Positions 44,079 to 53,360 are shown, counted from the stretch's first letter. The stretch is 56,089 nucleotides of DNA from Eubacteriales bacterium (GCA_045614365.1 JAZLCV010000207.1:1-56089), one strand, 5' to 3'. Translations and numbers: made by a program. The notes: generated from the sequence alone by a model not told the origin.

Positions 44079-46199
44079 ATGACAGAAAGAATAAAAGAGC
44101 TTACAAAATTAACGCTTGAGGGAAAAATGTATGCAAATCCCGTCAAGACCGAATTTAACAAGGAAGATATGCTGCTGCCGAAGCAACAGAAAGAAGCAAA
44201 GCAGCTTTGTGAATATATTTTAAATCAGGAACCGGTACTTACCCCATATTCAATGATGACCGGATTCTTTAACTGCAGCAATTCCGTTGTCGGCGATGTT
44301 TTCCGCCGTATAGGGCATAAAACATTCGCGGAGCTTTTCACCAGTCTTTACTTAAAGCCAATCGACAATCTCTCAACCTTTGAATGGCAGCATGCAACGG
44401 CTGATTATAAAAAAGTCCTCGAAAAAGGAATTTCGGGAATAATCGGTGAGATAGATGATTCTCTTAAGGTACATACGGATCCGAATGAGACAGAATTCTT
44501 AAATGCACTGAAATCCGTCGCCCACGCGCTCATCAGCTGGGCACACAAATGTGCAGACCGCGCGCTCGCGCTTTCGAAAACGGTTGATAATTGCGAATAC
44601 AAAGAAAATCTTGAAAAGCTTTCAGAAACGTTATACAGAGTTCCCGAAAACGCACCTTCTTCCTTTTACGAAGCCGTGCTTACAATATATCTCTGCTTTT
44701 CCGCAGATCCGGACAGCATTGGAACACCCGACCGTTATCTTACGCCATTTTATGAAAGCGACATAAAAAACGGAGTGATAACAAGAGACGGTGCTAAAGA
44801 AATACTTCAGGAGCTGTTTTTAATGCTTCAGGCAGCAACCCACGTGACATCAGCGTGGTTTACAAGAGGCGGCGAATCCCACTTCTGCATCGGCGGATAC
44901 CTCCCGAATGGCGAGGATGGGTTCAATGACCTTTCACGCCTTATTCTCGAAGGCTTAATGGAGCTTCCCACATGGATACCGCAGGTATCTCTTCGCTGGA
45001 CAAAAAAGATGCCGAAGGAAGACTTCCGATTCGTACTTAACTGCGAACGGAATGACCCCAACAAGAGAATTGCTTTCCAAAACGACGAAAAGCGCATAAA
45101 ATGCTATACCGAAATATGCGGCTTCCCGTTTGAAAAAGCGGTAGGATATACTACCGTAGGATGTAACGAACCGGTATTTCAGGGCGCAGTTACCGGCAGT
45201 ACCTCAGCGGTAAATTTTGCCCGTTCAACAGAAACCGTTTTCTACAAAAAGAGCGATGAAATCCTGAATGCAAAAACGTTTGATGATTTCTATAATGTTT
45301 TTATTACTGAATTGCTTTCGGATATTGACGTTGCCTGCGACTATGATGATAAATACAACCTCAAGCGCGCGGAGGATATCAACTATTTATCCTCTCTTTT
45401 CTTTGACGGCTGTATCGAAAAGGCAAAAAGTGCAACGCAAGGCCCCGGCACTTTCGCTATCGCATCCATTCTTTATATCGGAATAACAAATGTAATAGAT
45501 TCACTTATCATAACAAAGCAGTTCGTATTCGATGAAAAGCTTGTTACGATGCAAGAGCTTGTTTCCGCACTCCGCGCTGACTGGCAAGGATATGAAGAGC
45601 TTCACGCCACTATTCTGAAAAAGGGTGACTTTTTCGGCAATGACACCGAACGCTCAAATTATATTGCACAAAAGCTTTTCCAAAACCTTTACGAGCATCT
45701 GAAAGATAAAACAAATCTTTTCGGTTACCACTGGCTTATCGGCGATCTTACAGGATATCGCGATCATCCGAAATTGTTTGGTGAAAAAACAAAGGCTACC
45801 CCCGACGGAAGATATGCCGGCGATGCTCTGAAATTTGGCTTCGGTCAGAGCGAGGGCAAAGATCGGAACGGGCTCTCCGCGCTTTTAAATTCAATTGCAA
45901 AAGCCGATCCCAATGCAATCGGCTGCGGTTCAACTGTCACCAACATAATGATAGATGAGCAGTTAATCAAAAATGACGAGTATTTTGAGAAAACCGTTGA
46001 TATGCTTGAAACGTACTTCAAAAACGGCGGTGTACATTTTCAGCTTACTTATGTATCAAAAGAGGACCTTCTCAACGCAAAAGTTACACCGGATAATTAC
46101 AAAAACCTGCGCGTTCGCGTTTCTGGCTTTGCCGATTACTTCGTAAAGCTGAGCGATACTCTGCAAGACGATATCATCGAAAGGACAATGCAAAAATGA
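44079..46199 (+). CDS. Glycyl-radical enzyme, PFL-fold, short form (706 aa). Substrate unknown.
   Basis: AAAGGTGGA RBS before the ATG at 44079. C-terminal glycyl-radical motif RVRVSGFADYF (Gly codon 46125-46127). Cys loop TVGCNEP (Cys codon 45162-45164) with Glu at Cys+2. Confidence 0.9.
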   Translation: MTERIKELTKLTLEGKMYANPVKTEFNKEDMLLPKQQKEAKQLCEYILNQEPVLTPYSMMTGFFNCSNSVVGDVFRRIGHKTFAELFTSLYLKPIDNLSTFEWQHATADYKKVLEKGISGIIGEIDDSLKVHTDPNETEFLNALKSVAHALISWAHKCADRALALSKTVDNCEYKENLEKLSETLYRVPENAPSSFYEAVLTIYLCFSADPDSIGTPDRYLTPFYESDIKNGVITRDGAKEILQELFLMLQAATHVTSAWFTRGGESHFCIGGYLPNGEDGFNDLSRLILEGLMELPTWIPQVSLRWTKKMPKEDFRFVLNCERNDPNKRIAFQNDEKRIKCYTEICGFPFEKAVGYTTVGCNEPVFQGAVTGSTSAVNFARSTETVFYKKSDEILNAKTFDDFYNVFITELLSDIDVACDYDDKYNLKRAEDINYLSSLFFDGCIEKAKSATQGPGTFAIASILYIGITNVIDSLIITKQFVFDEKLVTMQELVSALRADWQGYEELHATILKKGDFFGNDTERSNYIAQKLFQNLYEHLKDKTNLFGYHWLIGDLTGYRDHPKLFGEKTKATPDGRYAGDALKFGFGQSEGKDRNGLSALLNSIAKADPNAIGCGSTVTNIMIDEQLIKNDEYFEKTVDMLETYFKNGGVHFQLTYVSKEDLLNAKVTPDNYKNLRVRVSGFADYFVKLSDTLQDDIIERTMQK

Positions 46200-46939
46200 A
46201 ACTGAGAAATGATAAAATAATTGTTTTCGGTGGCGGAGGAGGCATTGGTTCTGCCATTGCAAAACGCTTTTGCGATGCCGGAGCAAAAGTTTTGATTGCA
46301 GGCAGAAGTGAAGCTTCGCTTAAAAAGGTTGCCGATGAAATCGACAGCAGGAATTTATTTTACAAGACATTCGACATCTCAAAGGTTGATGAACATATTT
46401 CTTTTTTCGACGAAGCTGAAGCTCTTCTTGGCGAGATTAGCGGATTTGTAAACTCTGCCGCTCTCGGAAGCAAGGGAGGATATGAACCGTGGGATATAAC
46501 GAGTGCTGAATGGGATGCCATGTCAGACATAAACTTCAAAGCAGCATTCTTTTTAATGCGCAATGAGGTTGACTATATGCTTAAAAAAGGCATACGGGGA
46601 AATATCCTGAATCTTTCTTCCAATGCCGCATGTATGGATATCACAGGTAGCTACGGTGCATCAAAGGAAGCAATCGTCAAATGGACAAGAGCGTTCGGGA
46701 AAAGATTCGGTCACAAAGGAATTATCATAAACGGAATTGCTCCGGGTGCGACGTTCACTCCCATGATTTCCGATTATGCACACGATATCAACCAAAAGTA
46801 TGAACGCCACGCGATTGAGCGCTTTATCCGCCCCGACGAGATCGCAGAGCTTGCTTTTTATCTCATGAGCGACTATGGCGAAATAATCTGCGGTCATACG
46901 GTTGTTGCTGATGGCGGCGATAATGTGGCGACATTATAA
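46196..46939 (+). CDS. Short-chain dehydrogenase/reductase (247 aa).
   Basis: The ATG overlaps the GRE stop (ATGA). GGGGGIGSAIA cofactor motif and catalytic YGASK. Confidence 0.85.
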   Translation: MKLRNDKIIVFGGGGGIGSAIAKRFCDAGAKVLIAGRSEASLKKVADEIDSRNLFYKTFDISKVDEHISFFDEAEALLGEISGFVNSAALGSKGGYEPWDITSAEWDAMSDINFKAAFFLMRNEVDYMLKKGIRGNILNLSSNAACMDITGSYGASKEAIVKWTRAFGKRFGHKGIIINGIAPGATFTPMISDYAHDINQKYERHAIERFIRPDEIAELAFYLMSDYGEIICGHTVVADGGDNVATL

Positions 46940-47006
46940 AAAGCCTAATTTGTATCTGTATAACTCACGAATTATAAAATAAATTTTCCTTTTAGGAGCT
47001 ACATTT

Positions 47007-48146
47007 ATGTTTGAAAATTTAAAAAAGTTTTGCGACTCATTTTTAGAAATTGATGTTCCCGGGTTTGATTTGGCGGTTTATAAAGACGGTGAGTGTATCC
47101 TACGGCATATGAACGGCTACAGCGACCTTGAAAACAAAATCAAAATGAACGGAAAAGAAAAATACAATATTTATTCCTGCTCAAAGGTTATAACCTGTAC
47201 TGCAGCCTTGCAGTTATGGGAAAAAGGATTGTTTTCACTTGAGGACAAGCTTTCCGACTATATGCCCGAGTTTAAGGAAATGACGATCAAAACAGAGGGT
47301 GGCATCAAAAAAGCCGAGAACCCGATTTTAATAAAACACTTGTTCGAAATGACAGCAGGCTTTTCCTACAACTGTTCTTCACCGCAATTAAAGAAGGCTT
47401 TTGACGAAACGGCCGGTAGGTGCCCTACCCGTGAAGTAATGAAATATTTGGCAAAAGAGCCGTTGCTTTTTGAACCGGGCGACAGGTGGTTGTATAGCTT
47501 ATGCCACGATGTTTTGGCAGCTTTTGTCGAAGTGGTTTCGGGTGAGAAATTTGAAGCCTATGTCAAAAAGAATATTTTTGATGTTTTGGGAATGAATAAT
47601 TCTACGTTTATGCTACCCGAATCGGAAATTGAAACAATTGCACCGCAATACAAATTTAAAGACGGTAAAGCGATCAATATCGGAAGACCTATATCTAACT
47701 ATAAAATGGGCACTGAATACGCGTCAGGCGGCGCAGGTGGAATTTCTACCGTAGACGATTATATGAAATTTTTGGAAGCGCTTCGTACCCATAAACTGAT
47801 AAAGTCTGAAACGCTGAAATTGATGATGACCGACCGTTTAAGCGCTCATCAAAAACGCACCTATGAGGCAAAAAACACCCACGGCTACGGCTTGGGCGTG
47901 CGTTGTCCAATGGGTGACAAACGGTATATTGATTTCGGTTGGGGCGGTGCTGCAGGCGCATTTTGGGCTATTGATGTTGAAAATGCCATTTCCCTTTATT
48001 TCGGTATGCATTTATTGTCTTCTCCCTCCCAGGGGTTGCGTTCCATGCTTTATCTCTTCGTAAGAACAGAGCTGTTTGATAACAGCGAGTTTGATGATTT
48101 GTATAAAGATTTAAAAGAATTACACGATTATAATTTAACCTATTAA
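47007..48146 (+). CDS. Beta-lactamase-fold serine hydrolase (family VIII esterase / class C-like), 379 aa.
   Basis: SxxK motif (YSCSKVIT), a YSL (Yxx) second motif, and a WGGAAG third motif. No signal peptide. Confidence 0.8.
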   Translation: MFENLKKFCDSFLEIDVPGFDLAVYKDGECILRHMNGYSDLENKIKMNGKEKYNIYSCSKVITCTAALQLWEKGLFSLEDKLSDYMPEFKEMTIKTEGGIKKAENPILIKHLFEMTAGFSYNCSSPQLKKAFDETAGRCPTREVMKYLAKEPLLFEPGDRWLYSLCHDVLAAFVEVVSGEKFEAYVKKNIFDVLGMNNSTFMLPESEIETIAPQYKFKDGKAINIGRPISNYKMGTEYASGGAGGISTVDDYMKFLEALRTHKLIKSETLKLMMTDRLSAHQKRTYEAKNTHGYGLGVRCPMGDKRYIDFGWGGAAGAFWAIDVENAISLYFGMHLLSSPSQGLRSMLYLFVRTELFDNSEFDDLYKDLKELHDYNLTY

Positions 48147-48158
48147 CGGAGAGAAGCT

Positions 48159-48983
48159 ATGTCTGTTTCCACAATATTTGATATACAAAGAAATTCATTT
48201 GTTGACGGGCCCGGCATCCGCACGACTGTGTTTTTCAAAGGTTGTAACTTAAGATGCAGATGGTGTCACAATCCCGAAAGCCGGAATTTTGAAAAAGAAA
48301 TATTGTTTTATCAAAACAAATGTACCGGTTGCGGAAGATGCAAGGAGATAACTGCCGACAACATAGACTTTATTTGCTTTAGCGATGCAAAGGAAATCTG
48401 TGGAAAAGAATATACCGTTGACGAAGTTTTCGGCGAAATAATCAAAGATAAAACTTTTTATGAAACATCAGGCGGCGGTGTAACATTTTCCGGTGGAGAA
48501 TGTATGCTGCAGATTGATTTTCTCACCGAAATACTCAAAAAATGCAAGGATACCGGCATCCATACAGCTATTGATACTGCAGGGCATATATCTTGGGAAA
48601 GCTTTGAAAAAATTCTTCCGTACACCGACTTGTTTTTATATGACATCAAAACTATGGATGAAAAAAAACACAAGGAATATACAGGCGTCACAAACAGGCT
48701 TATACTTGAAAACATCAAAAATCTTCTCAAAACCGGAGCGGATATATGGGTAAGAGTCCCGGTAATTCCCGGTTTCAATGATAACGAAGAGGAAATGAGA
48801 AGCATCCGTTCTTTCTTTGAAAAGAACGGATATCCGAAAAAAATCGAGCTTCTTCCCTACCACGCGATGGGCGAACACAAATATACGGCACTGGGCGAAG
48901 AAGTTCATCACTTCGCCGTTCCAAACAAAGAAAAGATCGATGAACTGAATGCTGTTTTCTATGCCCATCGGCATAATTCATAA
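48159..48983 (+). CDS. Glycyl-radical-enzyme activating enzyme (radical SAM), 274 aa.
   Basis: CNLRCRWCHNPE (CX3CX2C) and a GGE motif (FSGGECM). It has one auxiliary Cys cluster (CTGCGRCKE...C), not the two usually seen in eliminase-type activases. Confidence 0.9.
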   Translation: MSVSTIFDIQRNSFVDGPGIRTTVFFKGCNLRCRWCHNPESRNFEKEILFYQNKCTGCGRCKEITADNIDFICFSDAKEICGKEYTVDEVFGEIIKDKTFYETSGGGVTFSGGECMLQIDFLTEILKKCKDTGIHTAIDTAGHISWESFEKILPYTDLFLYDIKTMDEKKHKEYTGVTNRLILENIKNLLKTGADIWVRVPVIPGFNDNEEEMRSIRSFFEKNGYPKKIELLPYHAMGEHKYTALGEEVHHFAVPNKEKIDELNAVFYAHRHNS

Positions 48984-49069
48984 AATACATCCGCACAGCT
49001 CCGGACAAAGGTGAGAACCCTTGCCCGGAGAAAATTGTATTTTGCAACTTTCAAGCAAATTAAAACATC

Positions 49070-49098
49070 TTGCAAAATATGGGGATTTTTGGTACAAT
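49070..49098 (+). promoter_or_regulatory. Putative sigma-A promoter of prmA.
   Basis: TTGCAA, a 17-nt spacer, then TACAAT with a TG extension (tggTACAAT). Confidence 0.45.
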
Positions 49099-49128
49099 AT
49101 ATAGTAGCAAATATTTGGAGGTTTTTTT

Positions 49129-50088
49129 GTGGAGTGGATTCAGGTAAGTATAGATACAACTCACGAGGGCATTGAGGCGCTGACCTCAGCTCTTGAGGAT
49201 ATCGGCATCCGCGGCTTTGAAATTGAAGATCCGGCGGATTTTTGTGAGTTTATGAATGCGGAATTCCCGTACCGCGACTATGTGGACGATGATCTTGTAA
49301 AAGAAAAAACGGAAGAGAGCGTAAAAGTGAAGATTTACGTCAGCGCAAATCCTGCAGGCCACGAACAGCTTGCCGCTGTGCGCGAGCTTCTTTCTTCCCT
49401 TTCTTCCGATGCATCCTTTGGAAGCCTTGCGCTTTCGTTTGAAACGATGAACGAAGAGGACTGGTCCGAAAACTGGAAACAGTTTTTCCATCCGCTTAAG
49501 ATAGGAAAGCGCGTTCTCGTCCGTCCCGAATGGGAAGAATGCGAGAACACCGACGGCAGAGTGGTATTTACCATAAACCCGGGAATGAGCTTTGGCACAG
49601 GCTCACACGCTACAACCCAGCTGTGCCTTGAAGCGATTGAGGAATACACAAAAGACGGAGACACAATTCTTGACCTTGGTTGCGGAAGCGGTATTCTCTC
49701 AATCACGGCATGCCTTCTCGGCGCAAAAAACGCAGTCGCCTGCGACATTGACAAAAATGCAGTAGATATTGCAATAAGAAATGCAGAGCTTAACGGCGTA
49801 AATCAGGATAAATTTGAGGCTCTTGCAGGAAATATTCTTGATGATGAAACGCTGCGCCGCCGTTTTGAAAACGAAAAGTATGACATCGTTGCAGCCAATA
49901 TCGTTGCAGACGTTATCATCGGCATCAGCCCGTTTGCATCAGGCTTTGTCAAGCCGGGAGGAATATTCATCGCATCCGGCATAATAACAGAGCGCCTTGA
50001 TGAGGTTCTGGAACATCTGAAAAAAAGTTTTAAAATTATTAAAATTTGCGATAAAAACGGCTGGGCATCTGTAATTGCAACGGTTTGA
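49129..50088 (+). CDS. prmA: Ribosomal protein L11 methyltransferase.
   Basis: GTG start after GGAGG. Conserved WxxNWK (WSENWKQFFHP), SFGTGSHATT and the SAM motif LDLGCGSGILS. Confidence 0.9.
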   Translation: MEWIQVSIDTTHEGIEALTSALEDIGIRGFEIEDPADFCEFMNAEFPYRDYVDDDLVKEKTEESVKVKIYVSANPAGHEQLAAVRELLSSLSSDASFGSLALSFETMNEEDWSENWKQFFHPLKIGKRVLVRPEWEECENTDGRVVFTINPGMSFGTGSHATTQLCLEAIEEYTKDGDTILDLGCGSGILSITACLLGAKNAVACDIDKNAVDIAIRNAELNGVNQDKFEALAGNILDDETLRRRFENEKYDIVAANIVADVIIGISPFASGFVKPGGIFIASGIITERLDEVLEHLKKSFKIIKICDKNGWASVIATV

Positions 50089-50161
50089 GGAAAATATTTT
50101 TCCGTATATCGGGCAAACTTAATAAAACAGTACTGGACAAACGACATTTTTTTTGGTAAAA

Positions 50162-50183
50162 TATAACGTATGGCATATGTTAT
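50162..50183 (+). promoter_or_regulatory. Imperfect palindrome related to the 41948 palindrome, at the start of the membrane-protein transcript.
   Basis: tataacgtatggcatatgttat lies directly after a TGGTAAAAT extended -10 (50154-50162). Confidence 0.3.
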
Positions 50184-50215
50184 GCCCTATGAGCTTTATT
50201 TGGGAGTGAACCGGT

Positions 50216-50995
50216 TTGAAAGAGAATAAGTCGCCGAAGGAAGCGGCAATGTACAGAAAAAAAGATTATGTGACAAACAAGCTCCTTCTTGTTTTCACGC
50301 TTGCATTTGCACTTTTGCTTTTGCTTATGAACGTAGGACGTATGATGAAGAGCACGGCAACGTTTATGGCAGCTTACACCGTCGTTAAGGTCGTTGCGGT
50401 TGCCGCTGTGGTGCTTGTCGCCGTGGGAATCGTTATGATGATTGTCGAGCGGTCAAAGAACAAAGATATGAGCTATCATCTCTTCTCGGGGAAGAATGTG
50501 ACGGTTGCATCGGTATTTGTTGCAATCTGCGCCATCGCCCTTTCCCTCGTCTTTTCTCAGAGTATGCTTATGCTTCTTTACATCTTCATCCCCGCAGTTG
50601 TTGTTTTGTATATCATCTATTATTCATATCAGCGCGAATTTTTCCTTATCGCTCTCGCTTCTATCGTCGGCGGTATCGGAATCTGGCTTTTAGGTTCTGA
50701 CCTTGTGAACACAAAAGACGTTCTTGCAATAGCAGGAGCTGCTGCTATTGTCGTTCTCACTGCAGGCTTTGCACTGTGGGCACAACTCGGCAAAGGCACG
50801 GTAAAGCTTTTCGGGCGTGAGTTTGCACCGTTTAAAGGTGATGCACGCTACGGCATCGTATACCTGACATGCCTTTTGGTTCTGATGCTTCTCGCTGCGG
50901 CATTCCTTGCTCCGGACCTTGCAATGTACTTTGTTTTCGCGCTCATTGCATACATCGTTCTCACCGGTGTATACTACACTGTAAAGCTTATTTAA
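50216..50995 (+). CDS. Polytopic membrane protein of unknown function (259 aa, ~7 hydrophobic segments).
   Basis: TTG start after GGGAGTGA (the alternative is the ATG at MYRKKDY). It has repeated hydrophobic helices and no recognisable motif. Confidence 0.6.
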   Translation: MKENKSPKEAAMYRKKDYVTNKLLLVFTLAFALLLLLMNVGRMMKSTATFMAAYTVVKVVAVAAVVLVAVGIVMMIVERSKNKDMSYHLFSGKNVTVASVFVAICAIALSLVFSQSMLMLLYIFIPAVVVLYIIYYSYQREFFLIALASIVGGIGIWLLGSDLVNTKDVLAIAGAAAIVVLTAGFALWAQLGKGTVKLFGREFAPFKGDARYGIVYLTCLLVLMLLAAAFLAPDLAMYFVFALIAYIVLTGVYYTVKLI

Positions 50996-51024
50996 ATTTT
51001 ATTTGAACTTTTACAAAAAAAGGC

Positions 51025-51053
51025 TTGACGTAGACGCATTTTTCATTTATAAT
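51025..51053 (+). promoter_or_regulatory. Consensus sigma-A promoter upstream of tRNA-Ser.
   Basis: TTGACG (51025-51030), a 17-nt spacer, then TATAAT (51048-51053). Confidence 0.6.
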
Positions 51054-51116
51054 ATATCAAGTAAGTCGGTATTCGGCTTGCAGAAAACCGAATACCGATG
51101 ACTTTATTTTCGACTT

Positions 51117-51208
51117 GGAGAAGTACTCAAGCTGGTCGAAGAGGCGCCCCTGCTAAGGGCGTAGGTCGCGAAAGCGGTGCGGGAGTTCGAATCTCCCCTT
51201 CTCCGCCA
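51117..51208 (+). tRNA. tRNA-Ser, anticodon GCU (class II, long variable arm), with encoded CCA.
   Basis: Folded by hand. Acceptor GGAGAAG/CTTCTCC. D stem CTC/GAG. Anticodon stem CGCCC/GGGCG with loop CTGCTAA. Variable arm 19 nt. T arm GGGAG-TTCGAAT-CTCCC. Discriminator G followed by CCA. Confidence 0.95.
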
Positions 51209-51212
51209 AAAA

Positions 51213-51241
51213 CTGACAAGTTTTGACTTGTCAGTTTTTTA
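51213..51241 (+). terminator. Intrinsic terminator after tRNA-Ser.
   Basis: 9-bp stem ctgacaagt-tttg-acttgtcag followed by a T7 run. Confidence 0.75.
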
Positions 51242-51296
51242 CTTTTCGCTTTTCTCTCTTCTCTATTCGTTTTTCACTAAAAGTGTATTTATATGC

Positions 51297-51314
51297 ATCT
51301 CCCCTTCTCTGCCA
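51297..51314 (+). repeat. Copy of the tRNA-Ser 3' end (17/18 identical).
   Basis: atctccccttctcTgcca here versus atctccccttctcCgcca in the tRNA at 51191-51208. Confidence 0.7.
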
Positions 51315-51339
51315 GAAAAAGCTTCATCATTCTCCCCCT

Positions 51340-51383
51340 GAAAAGTTGGCGAAAAGTTGGCAAAAACTTGGCAAAAACTTGGC
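51340..51383 (+). repeat. Four tandem 11-bp iterons.
   Basis: gaaaagttggc gaaaagttggc aaaaacttggc aaaaacttggc. Confidence 0.8.
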
Positions 51384-51547
51384 AAACCAAAAATTATTTT
51401 TGTGTTATAATTTATAACAGTGATGCTTTTGGAGTGAACCTCTATGAATTTGTGCGCGATTTATAAAGGACGCTCCGTGTGCGCAAAGCGTCAGATTTTG
51501 TATTGAAAAAACAATACAAATAAATTATAATAGAAAGGTAAACAACA

Positions 51548-52666
51548 ATGATAACACAAAATTTATTTAACAAAAAGCCAAAAACTTTTATGGACTACAA
51601 GCCGGGTAAGCTGCCAAGCAAAAAAGACCGGGGCTCGCAGACGAAAACTGAAACCAAAACTTATGACCCGTTTGCATCAAATGTAAAAATAGTTGGAGAC
51701 AATGTAACAAAAAAGGACTATGATGCTTTCTTTGAAGGGTTCAATGACCCGTACGGAGAAAAAAGAGAACAAGAACAGCAGCGGAAAGAAAGATTTGCTA
51801 ACATTCGTGCAAACGCCGATAATCGAACTTGGTCTTCTCAGAATACGGACAACCCGTTTCTTGAAGGTTTTAATGGAATTTTAAACGAAAGAGAACAGAA
51901 AGAAAAATTCCCAAACACTCGGTTTCGAACAAAACCTCAAAATGCATACTTGAAATTCCCTAATACACAACTTCATGCGAGCACCAAAAACGATGCATCC
52001 CTCGAAACATTTAGTAATCCCAACGGACAAAAAAATATCGTAGGCGAAGTTGCGTCTGAATGGGGTGAAAATATCGGAGCTCATATAGGTTTGCATAATA
52101 CAGCTCATGATCAATATCCTTGGATGCGGATTGCCGGCCTAACTTCTCCGATAGTTGCAGGAGCAATCGAAAATCGAATAACTTCATCAAGTGCTAAAGT
52201 TTCAAAACATCAGGACATAATAAATGATGTCTCAACTCGTTATAAGGTGCCAAGTGAGATTATCGGAGGAATAATATTTAAAGAGCAATTAACCAAGTCT
52301 CTTCCCGATACCCTTGGAAATATCCACACATCTATAACAAAAGATAGTCATTCTACCGGCTTGGGAGCCATTTTCCCAGCAACAGCAAGAGCTGCGTGGG
52401 GCGAAGTTGACTCTCAAAAAGAATTGCCAAAAACCAATGAGGAGCTTCAATATAAATTAACGCACGATAAACAATTCAACATAGAAACAATTGCCGCAGT
52501 ATTACTGTATGAAGCAAGGAACGAGGGACTTATTTCAGATGTATCCGAAGCTTCAAATTTGACTACCGAGCAATGGTGGAAAGCGATAGCAAAATATAAC
52601 GGTAGCGACGAATATGCGAGAAAAGTGTATGAGTATCTTCCTTATATTACTGAATTGTTAGATTAA
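51548..52666 (+). CDS. Hypothetical protein (372 aa): a charged, disordered N-terminal half and a C-terminal lysozyme-like / SLT-like domain (tentative).
   Basis: No signal peptide. It has internal repeats (FFEGFNDPYGEKRE / FLEGFNGILNERE; KFPNT twice). The C-terminus carries IIFKEQL...STGLGAI...AKYNGSDEYARKV, which resembles the SLT motifs ES...GLMQ...AYNAG. The region is AT-rich. Confidence 0.45.
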   Translation: MITQNLFNKKPKTFMDYKPGKLPSKKDRGSQTKTETKTYDPFASNVKIVGDNVTKKDYDAFFEGFNDPYGEKREQEQQRKERFANIRANADNRTWSSQNTDNPFLEGFNGILNEREQKEKFPNTRFRTKPQNAYLKFPNTQLHASTKNDASLETFSNPNGQKNIVGEVASEWGENIGAHIGLHNTAHDQYPWMRIAGLTSPIVAGAIENRITSSSAKVSKHQDIINDVSTRYKVPSEIIGGIIFKEQLTKSLPDTLGNIHTSITKDSHSTGLGAIFPATARAAWGEVDSQKELPKTNEELQYKLTHDKQFNIETIAAVLLYEARNEGLISDVSEASNLTTEQWWKAIAKYNGSDEYARKVYEYLPYITELLD

Positions 52667-52680
52667 ACGGAGGTGTTTTT

Positions 52681-53307
52681 GTGAAAAAACTCAAAATTCT
52701 AACTTCGATAATCATAGTGATTTCCTGTGTGCTCATTTTATCTTCATGTAAATATAAATATATATTTAAGCATTATAACGAAATAAACGAAGATATTCCC
52801 GACAACCTAACTTCAAGCGCAAGTATGGCAGAATATGCCCGTAATATAGTTGAGAAGGATTGCGGCAAGGAGTTTAATGTAGGTTCTGTCTATATGATTT
52901 TGGATTCGGAGTTAAAGGGAGAAGTGGAAGTTATTTTGGTAGAGAAAAAACAAAAAAAACCGTTGCTGGTCTATGTGGATTTTGATACAAAAAACAACAA
53001 GCTTCTTTCATTCAAGTATGTCAGCTGGCACAGCAAATTGGATCCCGGCGTTATAAATATACATAATTGGGGAATTGACTATGCAGAGGCAATTGAAATT
53101 TCAAAGGAGCTTCATTCAAAAACAGATGGTTTCCGATATGACGATGTCATAATCAGGACCGATAATTCTCATCCGTTTGAAGACGAAGATTGGGAAGTTT
53201 GGTCCGTAGCGTTTCGTGACTACCAAAGCAAAAAAAACTACGACACCCGCATTGAACCGTATACAGGAGAGATTCTTAATCACGGTATTTGGAAATGGGT
53301 AGGATAA
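52681..53307 (+). CDS. Hypothetical lipoprotein (208 aa).
   Basis: GTG start after GGAGGTG. Signal peptide with lipobox (VISCVLILSSC-KY). It is tightly linked to the upstream gene. Confidence 0.6.
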   Translation: MKKLKILTSIIIVISCVLILSSCKYKYIFKHYNEINEDIPDNLTSSASMAEYARNIVEKDCGKEFNVGSVYMILDSELKGEVEVILVEKKQKKPLLVYVDFDTKNNKLLSFKYVSWHSKLDPGVINIHNWGIDYAEAIEISKELHSKTDGFRYDDVIIRTDNSHPFEDEDWEVWSVAFRDYQSKKNYDTRIEPYTGEILNHGIWKWVG

Positions 53308-53360
53308 TACAGATTGGATTCAGTATGGCATTGACTTTGCAAATTCAGGGAGGGGAACTT

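Noticed and set aside
51340-51383. Whether the tandem repeats, or any other part of the window, form a CRISPR array.
   Set aside because: The units are 11 bp and directly abutting, with no spacers. No 24-40-nt repeat/spacer periodicity or cas genes were seen anywhere in the window.
51223-51417. A 64-aa plus-strand ORF immediately after tRNA-Ser.
   Set aside because: It starts inside the tRNA terminator and reads through the tRNA-end copy and the 11-bp iterons. Its repetitive peptide is a by-product of those DNA repeats.
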